NCBI GenBank assembly: GCA_945872565.1
Contig: CAMBZN010000005.1
Coordinates: 6,200-70,199, forward strand
Reading direction: 5' to 3'
DNA from: Chlamydia trachomatis
GTDB taxonomy: Bacteria; Chlamydiota; Chlamydiia; Chlamydiales; 2-12-FULL-49-11
Length of the DNA: 64,000 nucleotides
Shown one piece after another: positions 42,884 to 52,542 of this stretch (position 1 is its first letter; each line of letters starts with the position of its first letter). The notes under the pieces are model-generated. The model did not search any database and was not told the origin of the DNA. It saw only the letters and a list, made by a program, of their open reading frames with translations. The position numbers and the translations under genes were made by a program.

Positions 42884-43987
42884 TTACTTTGGCAGAATAA
42901 TCACCTGCCCTGGTCTAAGAAAATCAGATGTAAGGCCATTTGCATTTTTAATTTGGTCAATGCTTAGTCCATTTTTATGGGCAATTTTCCAAAAACTATC
43001 GCCATTTTGCACCGTATAGGTTGATTGCTCAATAGGCGGTGCTTTTGGCACTTTTGAACTTGAGAGTTTTTGCTCTGCCATTTTTCGAACATTGCAATTT
43101 CTCACTCCATCATTGATTTTTTTAAGAAAACTTTGATTGTCAGACAGGGCGACAATTTCTTCTATCTCCTCATTACTCAGTTGATGAAGAATATAGTCCT
43201 CATCAATTTGCAACCACATTTCCGCTGCATATTTTGACTTAAAACGGGCGTATGTCTTAAGAAAATATCGAATCATCTCTTTGGGTTTATCCATATTTTC
43301 TAAATAGAGATAATAGAATCTCTCTATGTCCTGATATCCCCCTTCAATAAGGGTTAAAACAAGCTTCTCCTTGGGCAGGTCATTAAAAAATCGATGCATA
43401 AAGGTATAAATAGCAATAAATTCTTTAGCGTGGACAAATGCAGCAACAAGGTTTGTTGAAGAGGCCTCTTTTTCCACTTTTAACCGAGCAAATAACCCCT
43501 CGGTAGTAAAAGGATATTTAACCTCTTTGATAAATCCTTTGATGAGCGTGTAATGGTATTGCTTCACATCCGGATATAAACTTAACAAGAACCTCTCTCC
43601 CCCATCGGCATGAATAAAGGTAACCTCCCTTTCCTCCAAAGACTCTCCCATAAGAGCCTTTTCTAGATCTAAATAATGATAGGTAGAAAGAATTGCTAAG
43701 GCAAGGTCACATACTTTATACCCATCAGACACCTGGGTATAATTTGAAAGCTCCAAAACTAACTCATCAAAACTCATGTGAAAAAATTGCTGCAATAACT
43801 CACATTGCTCTTTGCATAAAGAGACAACCGGTAACTCCTTAGAGTACAAAGCATCCACTTTATAGGCAGTTCTTTGGTAGACATTTGTCCCAAAAAAAGC
43901 AATGTTTAGTCCAACACTTACCACCAAAAGGTTGGTCAACATCTTTATTTTCTGCACAAAAGGGTTTTCAAACGACTCTAATTTCAT
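42884..43987 (-). CDS. membrane-anchored protein with C-terminal LysM peptidoglycan-binding domain
   Basis: N-terminal TM LTNLLVVSVGLNIAFFGTNVY. C-terminal YTVQNGDSFWKIAHKNGLSIDQIKNANGLTSDFLRPGQVIILP is a canonical LysM. The middle ~280 aa are unassigned. Confidence 0.7.
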   Translation of the reverse strand: MKLESFENPFVQKIKMLTNLLVVSVGLNIAFFGTNVYQRTAYKVDALYSKELPVVSLCKEQCELLQQFFHMSFDELVLELSNYTQVSDGYKVCDLALAILSTYHYLDLEKALMGESLEEREVTFIHADGGERFLLSLYPDVKQYHYTLIKGFIKEVKYPFTTEGLFARLKVEKEASSTNLVAAFVHAKEFIAIYTFMHRFFNDLPKEKLVLTLIEGGYQDIERFYYLYLENMDKPKEMIRYFLKTYARFKSKYAAEMWLQIDEDYILHQLSNEEIEEIVALSDNQSFLKKINDGVRNCNVRKMAEQKLSSSKVPKAPPIEQSTYTVQNGDSFWKIAHKNGLSIDQIKNANGLTSDFLRPGQVIILPK

Positions 43988-44077
43988 ATAGCTTTTAATA
44001 TATCAAAAATATATTTACGAGAAAGGAGAAAAAAATTGTCTTGTGAGCAAGAGGGATATTGGGTATACTTTTAACTT

Positions 44078-46465
44078 ATGAAAATACCACTTTCTTGGAT
44101 AAACCGCTTTTTAACCATAGAGCGCTCCCCTGAGCAGATCGCAGAACTTCTTACCCTAGCAGGGATGGAGGTTGAAAAAATTGATAGGTTACATTTTTCT
44201 TTCCAAGGGGTCATTATCGGCCATATTAAAGAGGTGTATCCACACGAAAATGCTGATAAACTTCGCATTGCAAGAGTATTTGATGGTAAAAAAGAACATG
44301 TTGTTGTTTGCGGAGCCCCACAGCTTCCTGTGGGCAAAAAAGTTGCTTTTGCTCCTATTGGTGCAACCCTTGACACTAATACAGACAATCCTTTTGTCAT
44401 TTCCAAAGCAAAAATTAGAGGGGTTGAATCTAAAGGAATGCTTTGCACCGAAAAAGAACTTGGCCTGAGCAATAACCATGAGACTCTCCTATTTTTAGAT
44501 GATTCCGCCCCTGTGGGAATGGATTTTATTGAATATTTTAAGGACCCAATTTTTGATATTGTTTTAACTCCAAACCTAGGTCATTGCAGAAGTGTATTTG
44601 GAATATGTAGAGAACTTTCAAGGTACTGCAACACTTTATTAAAGCTCCCAGAACTCCAAATTGAACAAAGCACCGGTAAACAAGTACAGGACTTTGTAAA
44701 AATAACAAACTCTTGCCACGAGAAATGTCCGCAATTTGCAACTCGTGTAATCTCTGGTATTGAGGTTAAAACCTCCCCTGTTTGGATGAAAGAATTACTT
44801 GAGAAAGCTTCCATCACCCCCGTTAACAACGTAGTAGACATCACAAACTACGTTTTACACGAAATGGGCCAGCCACTTCACGCTTACGATTACTCCTGTT
44901 TACCAGAAAAAGAATTAACGGTAAAAGAGGCCAGTGAGGGCGATTTAATTGTTACTCTTGACGGAAAAGAGCGCACTCTTAAAGAGGGACAGGTGATTAT
45001 TACCTCTAACAATATTCCACTAAGTATCGGTGGAATTATGGGGGGGGCATCTACGAGCATCTCTCACCTTACTCATACAGTTGTGCTAGAGGCTGCCGTA
45101 TTTTGTAGCGATAGCATCCGAAAAACCAGCCGTGAACTAAAACTTCGATCCGAAGCCTCTGCCCGATTTGAAAACAAAGTCGATGCTGGAGGGGTGTTGT
45201 TCGCCCTTGATTATGCAGCATTTTTGATGCAGGAAATTGCTGGCGGAAGCATTGTAGCAGGGGTAATTCATGAAGCTACCAATCCATTTAGACCATCGTT
45301 TCAATCGGTAAGACTTTCAAGAATCAATAAAATTCTTGGGTCAACTTTAAGTCTTTCTGAAGTTGAGATTTTCTTACTTAGCTTAGGATTTAATGCTACA
45401 ACTGACGGTGAGGATCTATTTCAACTAAAAACTCCTTCATGGCGCAATGATATCACTTCAGAAATTGATATTATCGAAGAAGTTGCTCGAGTATATGGAT
45501 ATAACAACATTATAACAGATCATCCAAGACACGTTACTTCACAAATTCCTCACCACCCCTTGTATGTTTTAGAAAAACTCTTAAAACTTAAGCTTGTCTC
45601 TCTTGGACTTCAAGAGTTTCTTACCTGCAGTTTGATTAGCAATGAATTATCCGGTTATAAAATTAACCATAGTTTATTCGAAGTCAAACCAATAGAGGTA
45701 ATGTATGCAAAATCAGTAGACCAATCTCTTTTAAGGCCATCCTTGCTTCCTGGACTGTTATCTTCAATGTTGCATAATAAGAACAATGGGAGCCCTGATA
45801 TTGCAGCCTTTGAAATTGGCAAAATTTTTGCAGAAGTTGATGGGAGGTATTTAGAGAATGCAAGCCTTGGAATACTTCTTTCTGGCAACACGGCTCTTCC
45901 AATTTTTGACAAAGAAGAAGAATCTTTTGACTTTCTTCATTTAAAAGGGATGATACACACCCTTTTTGCATCCATTCACCTTCATAACTTCACCATTTTA
46001 CGCAGTAAACACATCACTTTTCACCCTGGAATGCAAGCAAATATTCAAATCGATGGAAACATCATCGCAACATTTGGAAAACTTCATCCAGAGATCACCA
46101 CTAAAATGAAGCTGCCAGAAGAAACTTTTTTTGCTGAAATTGATGTCTACCTCATTGAAAAATACCGCGTAAAGCACCCACTGTTTAAAAAGTTACCCCT
46201 CTTTCCTTCTTCAACAAGAGATGTAACCTTTACAGTAGATAGAAATAAAGAACTTGCTGGCGCCTTCTCTTTGCTGAGTAAATCTTTATTTCCAGAACTA
46301 AAAAGTTCCCTTTTGAAGAGTATCTACATTGATGAACATCAGAGCCCTGAAAAGAAAAATGTCACCTTCAGATTCACTTATAGTGATGATCACAGTACCT
46401 TAGATGACCAGGCTATCAATGCATGTCATGAAAAAGTTGTTTCAGCTCTTGCTAAAGTGTTGTAA
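44078..46465 (+). CDS. pheT: phenylalanine--tRNA ligase beta subunit
   Basis: MKIPLSWINRFL… start. tRNA-binding OB domain (GHIKEVYPHENADKLRIARV…GVESKGMLC). B3/4 and B5 domains (GIMGG). C-terminal FDX-ACB. 795 aa. Confidence 0.95.
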   Translation: MKIPLSWINRFLTIERSPEQIAELLTLAGMEVEKIDRLHFSFQGVIIGHIKEVYPHENADKLRIARVFDGKKEHVVVCGAPQLPVGKKVAFAPIGATLDTNTDNPFVISKAKIRGVESKGMLCTEKELGLSNNHETLLFLDDSAPVGMDFIEYFKDPIFDIVLTPNLGHCRSVFGICRELSRYCNTLLKLPELQIEQSTGKQVQDFVKITNSCHEKCPQFATRVISGIEVKTSPVWMKELLEKASITPVNNVVDITNYVLHEMGQPLHAYDYSCLPEKELTVKEASEGDLIVTLDGKERTLKEGQVIITSNNIPLSIGGIMGGASTSISHLTHTVVLEAAVFCSDSIRKTSRELKLRSEASARFENKVDAGGVLFALDYAAFLMQEIAGGSIVAGVIHEATNPFRPSFQSVRLSRINKILGSTLSLSEVEIFLLSLGFNATTDGEDLFQLKTPSWRNDITSEIDIIEEVARVYGYNNIITDHPRHVTSQIPHHPLYVLEKLLKLKLVSLGLQEFLTCSLISNELSGYKINHSLFEVKPIEVMYAKSVDQSLLRPSLLPGLLSSMLHNKNNGSPDIAAFEIGKIFAEVDGRYLENASLGILLSGNTALPIFDKEEESFDFLHLKGMIHTLFASIHLHNFTILRSKHITFHPGMQANIQIDGNIIATFGKLHPEITTKMKLPEETFFAEIDVYLIEKYRVKHPLFKKLPLFPSSTRDVTFTVDRNKELAGAFSLLSKSLFPELKSSLLKSIYIDEHQSPEKKNVTFRFTYSDDHSTLDDQAINACHEKVVSALAKVL

Positions 46466-46557
46466 ATTTCCTCCATTATTGCCATTTTTTATCTTGCAAA
46501 AAACACGTCAATAGACGATTGTTATTAATACAACTCTTTTTAAGCTGAGGACAAATT

Positions 46558-47529
46558 ATGCTAAAGTCAATATTTTTATTAACAGGCGCTTCTATACTTC
46601 TTACTTCTTGTAACCAAAAGAAAAATGATGATGTCGTCTCCACAAGACGGATACACAAATTTGGATATGATATTGGAGAACAAGAATGGGAGTATAACCA
46701 TCCTCCAGGCCATTTAATTACAACATTTCGCAACGGTAAAACCATTATCGAAACTTATGAAGATCAACTCCTTCACGGTGATAAAACAACCTCTTTTGAT
46801 CATAGCCAAACAGTTCAATTACGTGAGCACTATAATAAAGGGGTTCTTGTAAAAACAACCACTTACAACATAAGCGGCGTACCTGAAGTGGAAACACTCT
46901 TTAAATCTCCAACACACCGAATTGTAAAAACCTGGTACTCATCAGGATCTCCAAAGTCTACTGAAGAATTTGCAGACATAAAGCTTGTCAACGGTCAATA
47001 CTTTTCTATCAACAATGAGACAGATTCTCATATCACAAATGGTACTGGCGAAAAAACAATGTCTAATCATTTCGGCGATATTTTAGAAAAGCAAGTCTAT
47101 GTAAATTATGAGATTGCCTATATTGAAACCTACCACCAAAATGGAACTCCAAAAGTCATCACTTCCTATAAAGATGGAAAAATACACGGAGAGAGAAAAG
47201 TATTTTCTCCCTCAGCAGATCCAATTTCTATTGAAAATTATGCACATGGAGTAAAATCTGGCGTATGCTCTTATTACCAAAATGGGTATGTATACCAAAT
47301 GACAACCTATGTAGACGGTCGCAAACACGGACTTGAAAAATTCTTCATTGACGGGGAGACCCTTTCTGAAGAGACTGTATACGTTTCAGGCTTAAAACAT
47401 GGCCCATCCATTTTTTACTGCGATGGTTCCTCAAGAACTGAGTGGTTTTTCAATGATGAGAAAGTTTCAAGAAGTAAATTTGATCAATATGAAGAACGAG
47501 ATATGATGATATCATCACTTCAAAACTAA
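46558..47529 (+). CDS. lipoprotein with MORN (YwqK-type) repeats
   Basis: Lipobox LLTSC|NQ. Repeated motifs YHQNGTPKVITSYKDGKIHGERKVF, YYQNGYVYQMTTYVDGRKHGLEKFF and VYVSGLKHGPSIFY. Confidence 0.7.
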   Translation: MLKSIFLLTGASILLTSCNQKKNDDVVSTRRIHKFGYDIGEQEWEYNHPPGHLITTFRNGKTIIETYEDQLLHGDKTTSFDHSQTVQLREHYNKGVLVKTTTYNISGVPEVETLFKSPTHRIVKTWYSSGSPKSTEEFADIKLVNGQYFSINNETDSHITNGTGEKTMSNHFGDILEKQVYVNYEIAYIETYHQNGTPKVITSYKDGKIHGERKVFSPSADPISIENYAHGVKSGVCSYYQNGYVYQMTTYVDGRKHGLEKFFIDGETLSEETVYVSGLKHGPSIFYCDGSSRTEWFFNDEKVSRSKFDQYEERDMMISSLQN

Positions 47530-47551
47530 TCAAATCGCAGAAAGAACCTCT

Positions 47552-47590
47552 AAAGCCTACCCCAAGTACTTCGGGTAGGCTTTTTTTATT
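47552..47590 (+). terminator. rho-independent terminator
   Basis: GC-rich stem GCCTACCC (47555-47562) / GGGTAGGC (47573-47580), 10-nt loop, followed by a T7 run. Confidence 0.8.
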
Positions 47591-47821
47591 CCCATATTTA
47601 AAAGGGCTCTGTTAGATAAAAATGCCTTAATTCCCCCCCAGCTAGGTAAAAAAGACCTATGGGCTCTGGATCTCCACTATGTACCTTAACTTTGCAAAAA
47701 GAGCTAACCCTTTACATCAACCCTGTAAACCGCACAATTTTGTAAAAAAAACCTTTTTTTTACACATTGGACCCTCATTTGCATGATATATAAGTAAGAA
47801 GATAAATAATAATAACCCAAT

Positions 47822-47851
47822 AGACTCACAAAACATCTCTTTTGTGAGTCT
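47822..47851. promoter_or_regulatory. perfect 12-bp inverted repeat (operator or 5'-UTR hairpin) upstream of the 70-aa ORF
   Basis: AGACTCACAAAA-catctc-TTTTGTGAGTCT ends 17 nt before ATG 47869. Possible promoter TTGCAT (47779)…TAAATA upstream. Confidence 0.4.
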
Positions 47852-47868
47852 TAATAATAGGTAGCATT

Positions 47869-48081
47869 ATGGAAAAAGAAAAATATGAAAAAAAGATCGC
47901 TCAACTTGAGTCACTAAACGACCAACTTCAGGCAGAATTTACAAATCTTGATATTATTCTTAAAGAACTTGGTTTTGAAAAAGGAATTCTCACCTTAAAA
48001 GAGGCTGCAAAAGAGATGCTTCTTAATAAAAATCCAAGCGACCAGCCAGAAGATTCCCCTATTGATGACTTAGAGTTTTAG
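47869..48081 (+). CDS. small coiled-coil protein, unknown function
   Basis: 70-aa ORF with heptad-like N-terminus (KKIAQLESLNDQLQAEFTNLDIILKEL) and an acidic tail. The 3' end overlaps the convergent trhO by 23 nt. Confidence 0.45.
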   Translation: MEKEKYEKKIAQLESLNDQLQAEFTNLDIILKELGFEKGILTLKEAAKEMLLNKNPSDQPEDSPIDDLEF

Positions 48082-49036
48082 CCATTTGTTGCTTTTTCTC
48101 AAAGGGCAGTTTCCTAAAAGGCTGCGGCCTGCTGCTTGATTGATCCATCTCTCGCACCCTTGAAGACCCCATACAAGATGAACTGCAGCATCCTTTAAAG
48201 GCATGGGCACACTCCTTGCAAGAAAGAAATAGTCCATTACAATCCATATTTGCACAGTTATAGAAAAGATCTGTTGAACACTTGCAGAATTGACACTTTG
48301 AAATCACTTCCTCATTATCTTTAGAAATGGGAACAACAAGTCGATCGTCAAAGACAAAAAGCTTTCCACGCCAGTGCTTTGCCCCTTGGGTTAGGCCGTA
48401 CCCAATCACTCCCCCTTTGAGCTGATAGACTCGATCAAACCCCCTTTCCTTCATGAGAGGTGAATAAAATTCACATCTGATGCCTCCGGTGCAATACATA
48501 AGTACAGTCTTATTCTCTTTGTCCTTTGTATCCAAAGCTAATTGATCTGCATACTCGACAAATTCTCTAAAGGTCTTCCTATCAGGCTTTAGTGCACCTT
48601 CAAAAAAGCCCACTTCTGATTCATAGCTATTTCTTACATCTATAAGAATAGTATTTTCATCACGACTATCAAGCGCCTTTTCAAAATCTTCAGGAGAAAT
48701 GTACTCCCCCCTTTTTGAAAAATCGACCTCTTGATCTAAAGCAACAATTTGAGCGCGATATTTGACCGTCAATTTAGCAAAACGATGCTGGGTATCGGCA
48801 TGAGCTTTTAAATCTGCATGATCGAACAAAGAATCTTTTTTCAAAAAGTCTAAGTATTTTTTTAAATCACCTCTTTCAATGGAAAGTTGCGCATTGACCC
48901 CTTGCGGTCCGATGTAAATTCTCCCCTTACAATCCACTGATTCTAAAAACTTTTTATGTTCCTTAATCGCCCGGGGGGCATCTGTGATTTTTTCAATCAC
49001 ATAATATGCAAGCACTACAATATCCATGGGAAACAT
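48059..49036 (-). CDS. trhO: tRNA uridine(34) hydroxylase (rhodanese-domain UPF0176/YceA family)
   Basis: …GRIYIGPQGVNAQLS…, rhodanese active-site loop MYCTGGIRCE, and a C-terminal Cys-rich tail. ATG 49036 (MFPMDIVVLAYY…) is preferred over the track start TTG 49072. Confidence 0.85.
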   Translation of the reverse strand: MFPMDIVVLAYYVIEKITDAPRAIKEHKKFLESVDCKGRIYIGPQGVNAQLSIERGDLKKYLDFLKKDSLFDHADLKAHADTQHRFAKLTVKYRAQIVALDQEVDFSKRGEYISPEDFEKALDSRDENTILIDVRNSYESEVGFFEGALKPDRKTFREFVEYADQLALDTKDKENKTVLMYCTGGIRCEFYSPLMKERGFDRVYQLKGGVIGYGLTQGAKHWRGKLFVFDDRLVVPISKDNEEVISKCQFCKCSTDLFYNCANMDCNGLFLSCKECAHAFKGCCSSSCMGSSRVREMDQSSSRPQPFRKLPFEKKQQMAKTLSHQ

Positions 49037-49131
49037 GTTACTAAGAGAGCCCAATTTTTTCAACACTTTCAAGAGATTAAAATTTTTTATAATATTTTTT
49101 TGGGTTCATTATTAAAAATCGATAAAAATGA

Positions 49132-49160
49132 TTGTCGTAAAATCAGAAAATAGGTATCAT
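49132..49160 (+). promoter_or_regulatory. sigma-70/66-type promoter for rpsD
   Basis: TTGTCG (49132-49137), 17-nt spacer, TATCAT (49155-49160), about 36 nt upstream of ATG 49197. Same -10 hexamer as the rpmH promoter. Confidence 0.45.
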
Positions 49161-49196
49161 TTCCCCATTAACTAAAATTGAATATTTGGGAGAACT

Positions 49197-49817
49197 ATGG
49201 TTCGATATACAGGTCCAAAAAATAGAATTGCTAGACGATTTGGCGCTAACATATTTGGAAAAAAAAGAAATCCACTTGCTCACAAAGTGAATCCACCAGG
49301 ACAGCACGGCGCAACTAGAAAGAAAAAGTCTGATTATGGTGTTCAGCTTGAAGAGAAACAAAAGCTTAGAGCTTGCTACGGAATGCTTACTCAAAAGTCA
49401 CTTGTAAGATACTACAGAGAATCTGCTCTTTTAGAAGGCAACACGCAAGATACTTTTATTCAAAAAATTGAAACAAGACTTGATGTGCTTGTTTACAGAT
49501 TAAAATTTGCTCTTACCCCTTTTCATGCTCAACAGCTAGTTGCTCATGGTCATATCCTTGTAAATGGAAAAAGGACTAACATCCGATCTTTCCAAGTAAA
49601 AGAAGGAATGGTCATTTCAATTGCTGAAAAAAGCAAACAAAATGGACTAGTCAAAGAAGCTCTTGAAAGATCTTCTGTCAATGTACCTGAATACCTAAGT
49701 TTAGATGGACCAGGAATGAGCGGAAAACTCCTTGTGCTACCACAATTGGATCAAATTCCATTCCCGATCCCTGTAAACGTTGCAGTTGTATGTGAATTCT
49801 TATCTTTCACAACCTAA
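49197..49817 (+). CDS. rpsD: 30S ribosomal protein S4
   Basis: MVRYTGPKNRIARRFG… and the S4 RNA-binding domain RLDVLVYRLKFALTPFHAQQLVAHGHILVNG. Confidence 0.95.
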   Translation: MVRYTGPKNRIARRFGANIFGKKRNPLAHKVNPPGQHGATRKKKSDYGVQLEEKQKLRACYGMLTQKSLVRYYRESALLEGNTQDTFIQKIETRLDVLVYRLKFALTPFHAQQLVAHGHILVNGKRTNIRSFQVKEGMVISIAEKSKQNGLVKEALERSSVNVPEYLSLDGPGMSGKLLVLPQLDQIPFPIPVNVAVVCEFLSFTT

Positions 49818-49825
49818 ACCTTATT

Positions 49826-49860
49826 AATAGCCACTTTCAAAGTGGCTATTATTGTTTTAT
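49826..49860 (+). terminator. rho-independent terminator after rpsD
   Basis: AATAGCCACTT-tca-AAGTGGCTATT followed by the T-rich ATTGTTTTAT. Confidence 0.6.
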
Positions 49861-49874
49861 AAGGGCCTTTTTCT

Positions 49875-50738
49875 ATGACCTCTGGAATAAAATCCAAAGA
49901 AATCTACCTAGGAGCACACACCTCAGCCGCAGGTGGTTGTTTTAATGCCCTGATAGAAGGCGAGCAAATCGGCGCTACTGCTATTCAACTTTTTACCAGC
50001 AACCAAAAGCAATGGAAAGGCAGAGAGATTTCTTCAGAAGAAGTCGCTCGGTGGGAATCTTTGAAAGGATCAACAGGCATCTCTCACATCATGAGTCATG
50101 CAAGTTACCTCATCAACATCGGCTCCCCTAATCCAGAATTGCGAGAAAAAAGTACCACTGCACTTGCTGAAGAGCTCAAACGTTGCCATCAATTGGGCAT
50201 CGATTTTGTGAACTTCCATCCAGGTGCTGCAACAACAGGAACAAAAGAATCATGCCTTGCTGCAATCATCCAAAGCCTTCTTTCTATGGAGAGATTAATT
50301 AGGAGTGGTAAAACCCTTGTGGTGCTAGAAGCAACAGCAGGACAAGGAACCACTGTAGGCTCTACTTTTGAAGAATTAGGCGCAATTATTCACGGTTTAA
50401 AGGGGAAAATTCCCATTGGTGTTTGTATCGACACCTGTCACATTTTTTCTGCAGGTTACGATATCTCGACAAAAGCTCATTGGGAGGCCACACTGGAGAA
50501 ATTTGACAAGCACATCGGAATAAAGCACCTTGCCGCTCTACACTTAAACGATTCTAAGCACCCCCTTGGCTCTAAAAAAGATCGTCACGAAATTCTTGGC
50601 GGGGGGTACATCGGGATGGAGTGCTTTAAAGTTTGCATGCAACATCCTGTTTTATCCCCCCTACCTAAATATTTAGAAACTCCCGATCCAAACAATTGGG
50701 CTAACGAAATCAAAAAATTAAGGACATTTATCCTATGA
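49875..50738 (+). CDS. nfo: deoxyribonuclease IV (endonuclease IV)
   Basis: GAHTSAAGG…, [12 protein letters not shown] and HLNDSK metal-binding motifs. 287 aa. Confidence 0.92.
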   Translation: MTSGIKSKEIYLGAHTSAAGGCFNALIEGEQIGATAIQLFTSNQKQWKGREISSEEVARWESLKGSTGISHIMSHASYLINIGSPNPELREKSTTALAEELKRCHQLGIDFVNFHPGAATTGTKESCLAAIIQSLLSMERLIRSGKTLVVLEATAGQGTTVGSTFEELGAIIHGLKGKIPIGVCIDTCHIFSAGYDISTKAHWEATLEKFDKHIGIKHLAALHLNDSKHPLGSKKDRHEILGGGYIGMECFKVCMQHPVLSPLPKYLETPDPNNWANEIKKLRTFIL

Positions 50739-52144
50739 TCGATTCTAAACTTAATCTACGCCTAAAAACAAAGGCTATCAAAAGTAACGCTGCTTTGATT
50801 GATTCAAAAATGGTTGTAAAAGGATGGGTTAGAACTCACCGTAAACAAAAAACTTTCTCTTTTGTCGAAATCAACGATGGCAGCGAGGTTGAAAACCTTC
50901 AAATTATCATAGATGCAAAAGTTCCTGGCTATGAATCTCTAATTGATAAAATCACAACCGGTGCATCAATTAGTGTGCTTGGCACGCTCGCTAAAAGTTT
51001 AGGAGGCGGTCAAGCTGTTGAGGTGCAGGCAGAATCTTTTAAAATCATCGGAGAGGCTCCATCGGACTACATCCTTCAGAAAAAAAGGCATTCTTTTGAA
51101 TTTTTACGTACAATAGCTCACCTTAGACCAAGAACAAATACCTTTGGGGCAGTTGCTCGAGTAAGAAGTCAAATGGCTTACGCAACCCATAAATTTTTTC
51201 AAGAAAACGGCTTTACTTATGTGCAAACACCCATTATTACCGCATCTGACTGCGAAGGGGCGGGGGAAATGTTTTGTGTTACAACACTTAACAAAAGTTC
51301 TATTCCCAAAGATCGGGATGGAAACGTTGATTATTCCAAAGACTTTTTCGAAAAGGAAGCATTTCTCACTGTCTCTGGCCAGCTCAACGGAGAAGCTTAC
51401 GCTACAGCACTTAAAGATATTTACACCTTTGGACCCACTTTTCGTGCAGAAAACTCAAACACATCTCGCCACCTTGCTGAGTTTTGGATGATTGAACCAG
51501 AAATTGCTTTTGCAGATCTTGAAGACAATATGGAACTTGCTGAAAAGTACCTTAAATACCTTGTTGGGCACGCTTTAGAAAACTGCCTCTCTGACCTTGA
51601 ATTCTTTAACTCATTTATTGACAGTGGCCTCCTTGAAAGACTACGATTAGTTCTTTCTAATCCATGTACAAGGCTAAGCTATACTGATGCAGTTGATGTA
51701 CTAAACAAAAGCGGCAAGCAATTTGAGTTTCAGGTAAAGTGGGGAACAGATTTACAGTCCGAGCACGAAAGGTATCTTTGTGAGGAGCACTTTAAGGGCC
51801 CTGTAATCCTTTATAACTACCCAAAAGAGATCAAACCTTTTTATATGCGCTCTAATGATGATGGCAAAACTGTTGCTGCTATGGACCTTCTAGTTCCTGG
51901 CATAGGTGAGTTAATAGGAGGATCTCAAAGAGAGGAGCGCCTTGATATTTTACTTAAGAATATGGACCATCACAGTTTAGATAAAGAGGTTTATGATTGG
52001 TACATCGACCTAAGACGCTTTGGAACAGTGCCTCACGCAGGTTTTGGCCTTGGCTTTGAAAGACTTGTTCAATACGTCACTGGAATGGAAAATATCAGGG
52101 ATGTCTCTGCATTTCCTCGGTATCCAAAACATGCAGATTTTTAA
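50735..52144 (+). CDS. asnS: asparagine--tRNA ligase
   Basis: OB anticodon-binding domain [23 protein letters not shown]. Class II motifs [21 protein letters not shown] and GFGLGFERL. Confidence 0.93.
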   Translation: MIDSKLNLRLKTKAIKSNAALIDSKMVVKGWVRTHRKQKTFSFVEINDGSEVENLQIIIDAKVPGYESLIDKITTGASISVLGTLAKSLGGGQAVEVQAESFKIIGEAPSDYILQKKRHSFEFLRTIAHLRPRTNTFGAVARVRSQMAYATHKFFQENGFTYVQTPIITASDCEGAGEMFCVTTLNKSSIPKDRDGNVDYSKDFFEKEAFLTVSGQLNGEAYATALKDIYTFGPTFRAENSNTSRHLAEFWMIEPEIAFADLEDNMELAEKYLKYLVGHALENCLSDLEFFNSFIDSGLLERLRLVLSNPCTRLSYTDAVDVLNKSGKQFEFQVKWGTDLQSEHERYLCEEHFKGPVILYNYPKEIKPFYMRSNDDGKTVAAMDLLVPGIGELIGGSQREERLDILLKNMDHHSLDKEVYDWYIDLRRFGTVPHAGFGLGFERLVQYVTGMENIRDVSAFPRYPKHADF

Positions 52145-52254
52145 ATAAAATAATATAGTAATTTTTAATTATTAATAGTATATGATTATTTGAATAAATT
52201 TTCCTTTCTTTTGAATTCTCCATGGTTATAATTAATGATAAAGGTAATAGCACT

Positions 52255-52542
52255 ATGTCAAACGTTGATCCAACAGAAAATTCAGTATTTGGAGCTTTAA
52301 ACTCCATGAAAAAGGCCCCACCTGCCTCTGGAAGTGGTGGGATTTTTAAGATTCCAAAAGGTGGTGCCCACGGGATGGATGCTTTTAAGGCCTGGCTGGG
52401 ACCAAAGCAATATAAACAATTTATTAGCACCCTCTTGCAATCTATTACCAATGCAATGAAAGCAGATGCAGCAGCAGCTGACCTTGCATCTCGAAAACTA
52501 AAGGCTGTCCAAGAAGATAGAGATCCTGATGAAGAAACTTAA
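52255..52542 (+). CDS. small Gly/Ala-rich hypothetical protein
   Basis: ORF MSNVDPTENSVFGALNSMKKAPPASGSGGIFKIPKGGAHGMDAFKAWLGPKQYKQFISTLLQSITNAMKADAAAADLASRKLKAVQEDRDPDEET. ATG 52255 with AAAGG upstream is preferred over track start 52222. Its end overlaps rluD. Confidence 0.45.
   Translation: MSNVDPTENSVFGALNSMKKAPPASGSGGIFKIPKGGAHGMDAFKAWLGPKQYKQFISTLLQSITNAMKADAAAADLASRKLKAVQEDRDPDEET

Noticed and set aside
44071-44472. 133-aa minus-strand ORF and several others (44189-44479, 44581-44844, 45655-45971) antisense to pheT. Also 60220-60630 and 61002-61250 antisense to pckG, and 61254-61589, 61716-61907 and 62096-62281 antisense to mreB.
   Set aside because: Antisense shadows within highly conserved genes. 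No supporting signals.
47591-47868. Considered 6S RNA, tmRNA, RNase P RNA or a riboswitch in the longest spacer, and in the ~200-bp spacers at 12792-12996 and 33175-33373.
   Set aside because: The spacers are too short for tmRNA or RNase P RNA. I could not recognise conserved riboswitch cores or the 6S central-bubble architecture by eye. It is kept only as an unexplained spacer in the findings.
51862-51877. Sigma-54-like -24/-12 element TGGCAA-aactg-TTGCT on the plus strand (correct GG-N10-GC spacing). A weaker one, TGGCAT-tgttg-TCGCA, is at 16965-16980.
   Set aside because: Both lie deep inside coding sequence (asnS, and the 712-aa repeat protein). The asnS one is about 390 nt from the next start codon. 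A single match of this degenerate motif is expected by chance. It is worth revisiting only if a genome-wide sigma-54 promoter scan or TSS data support it.
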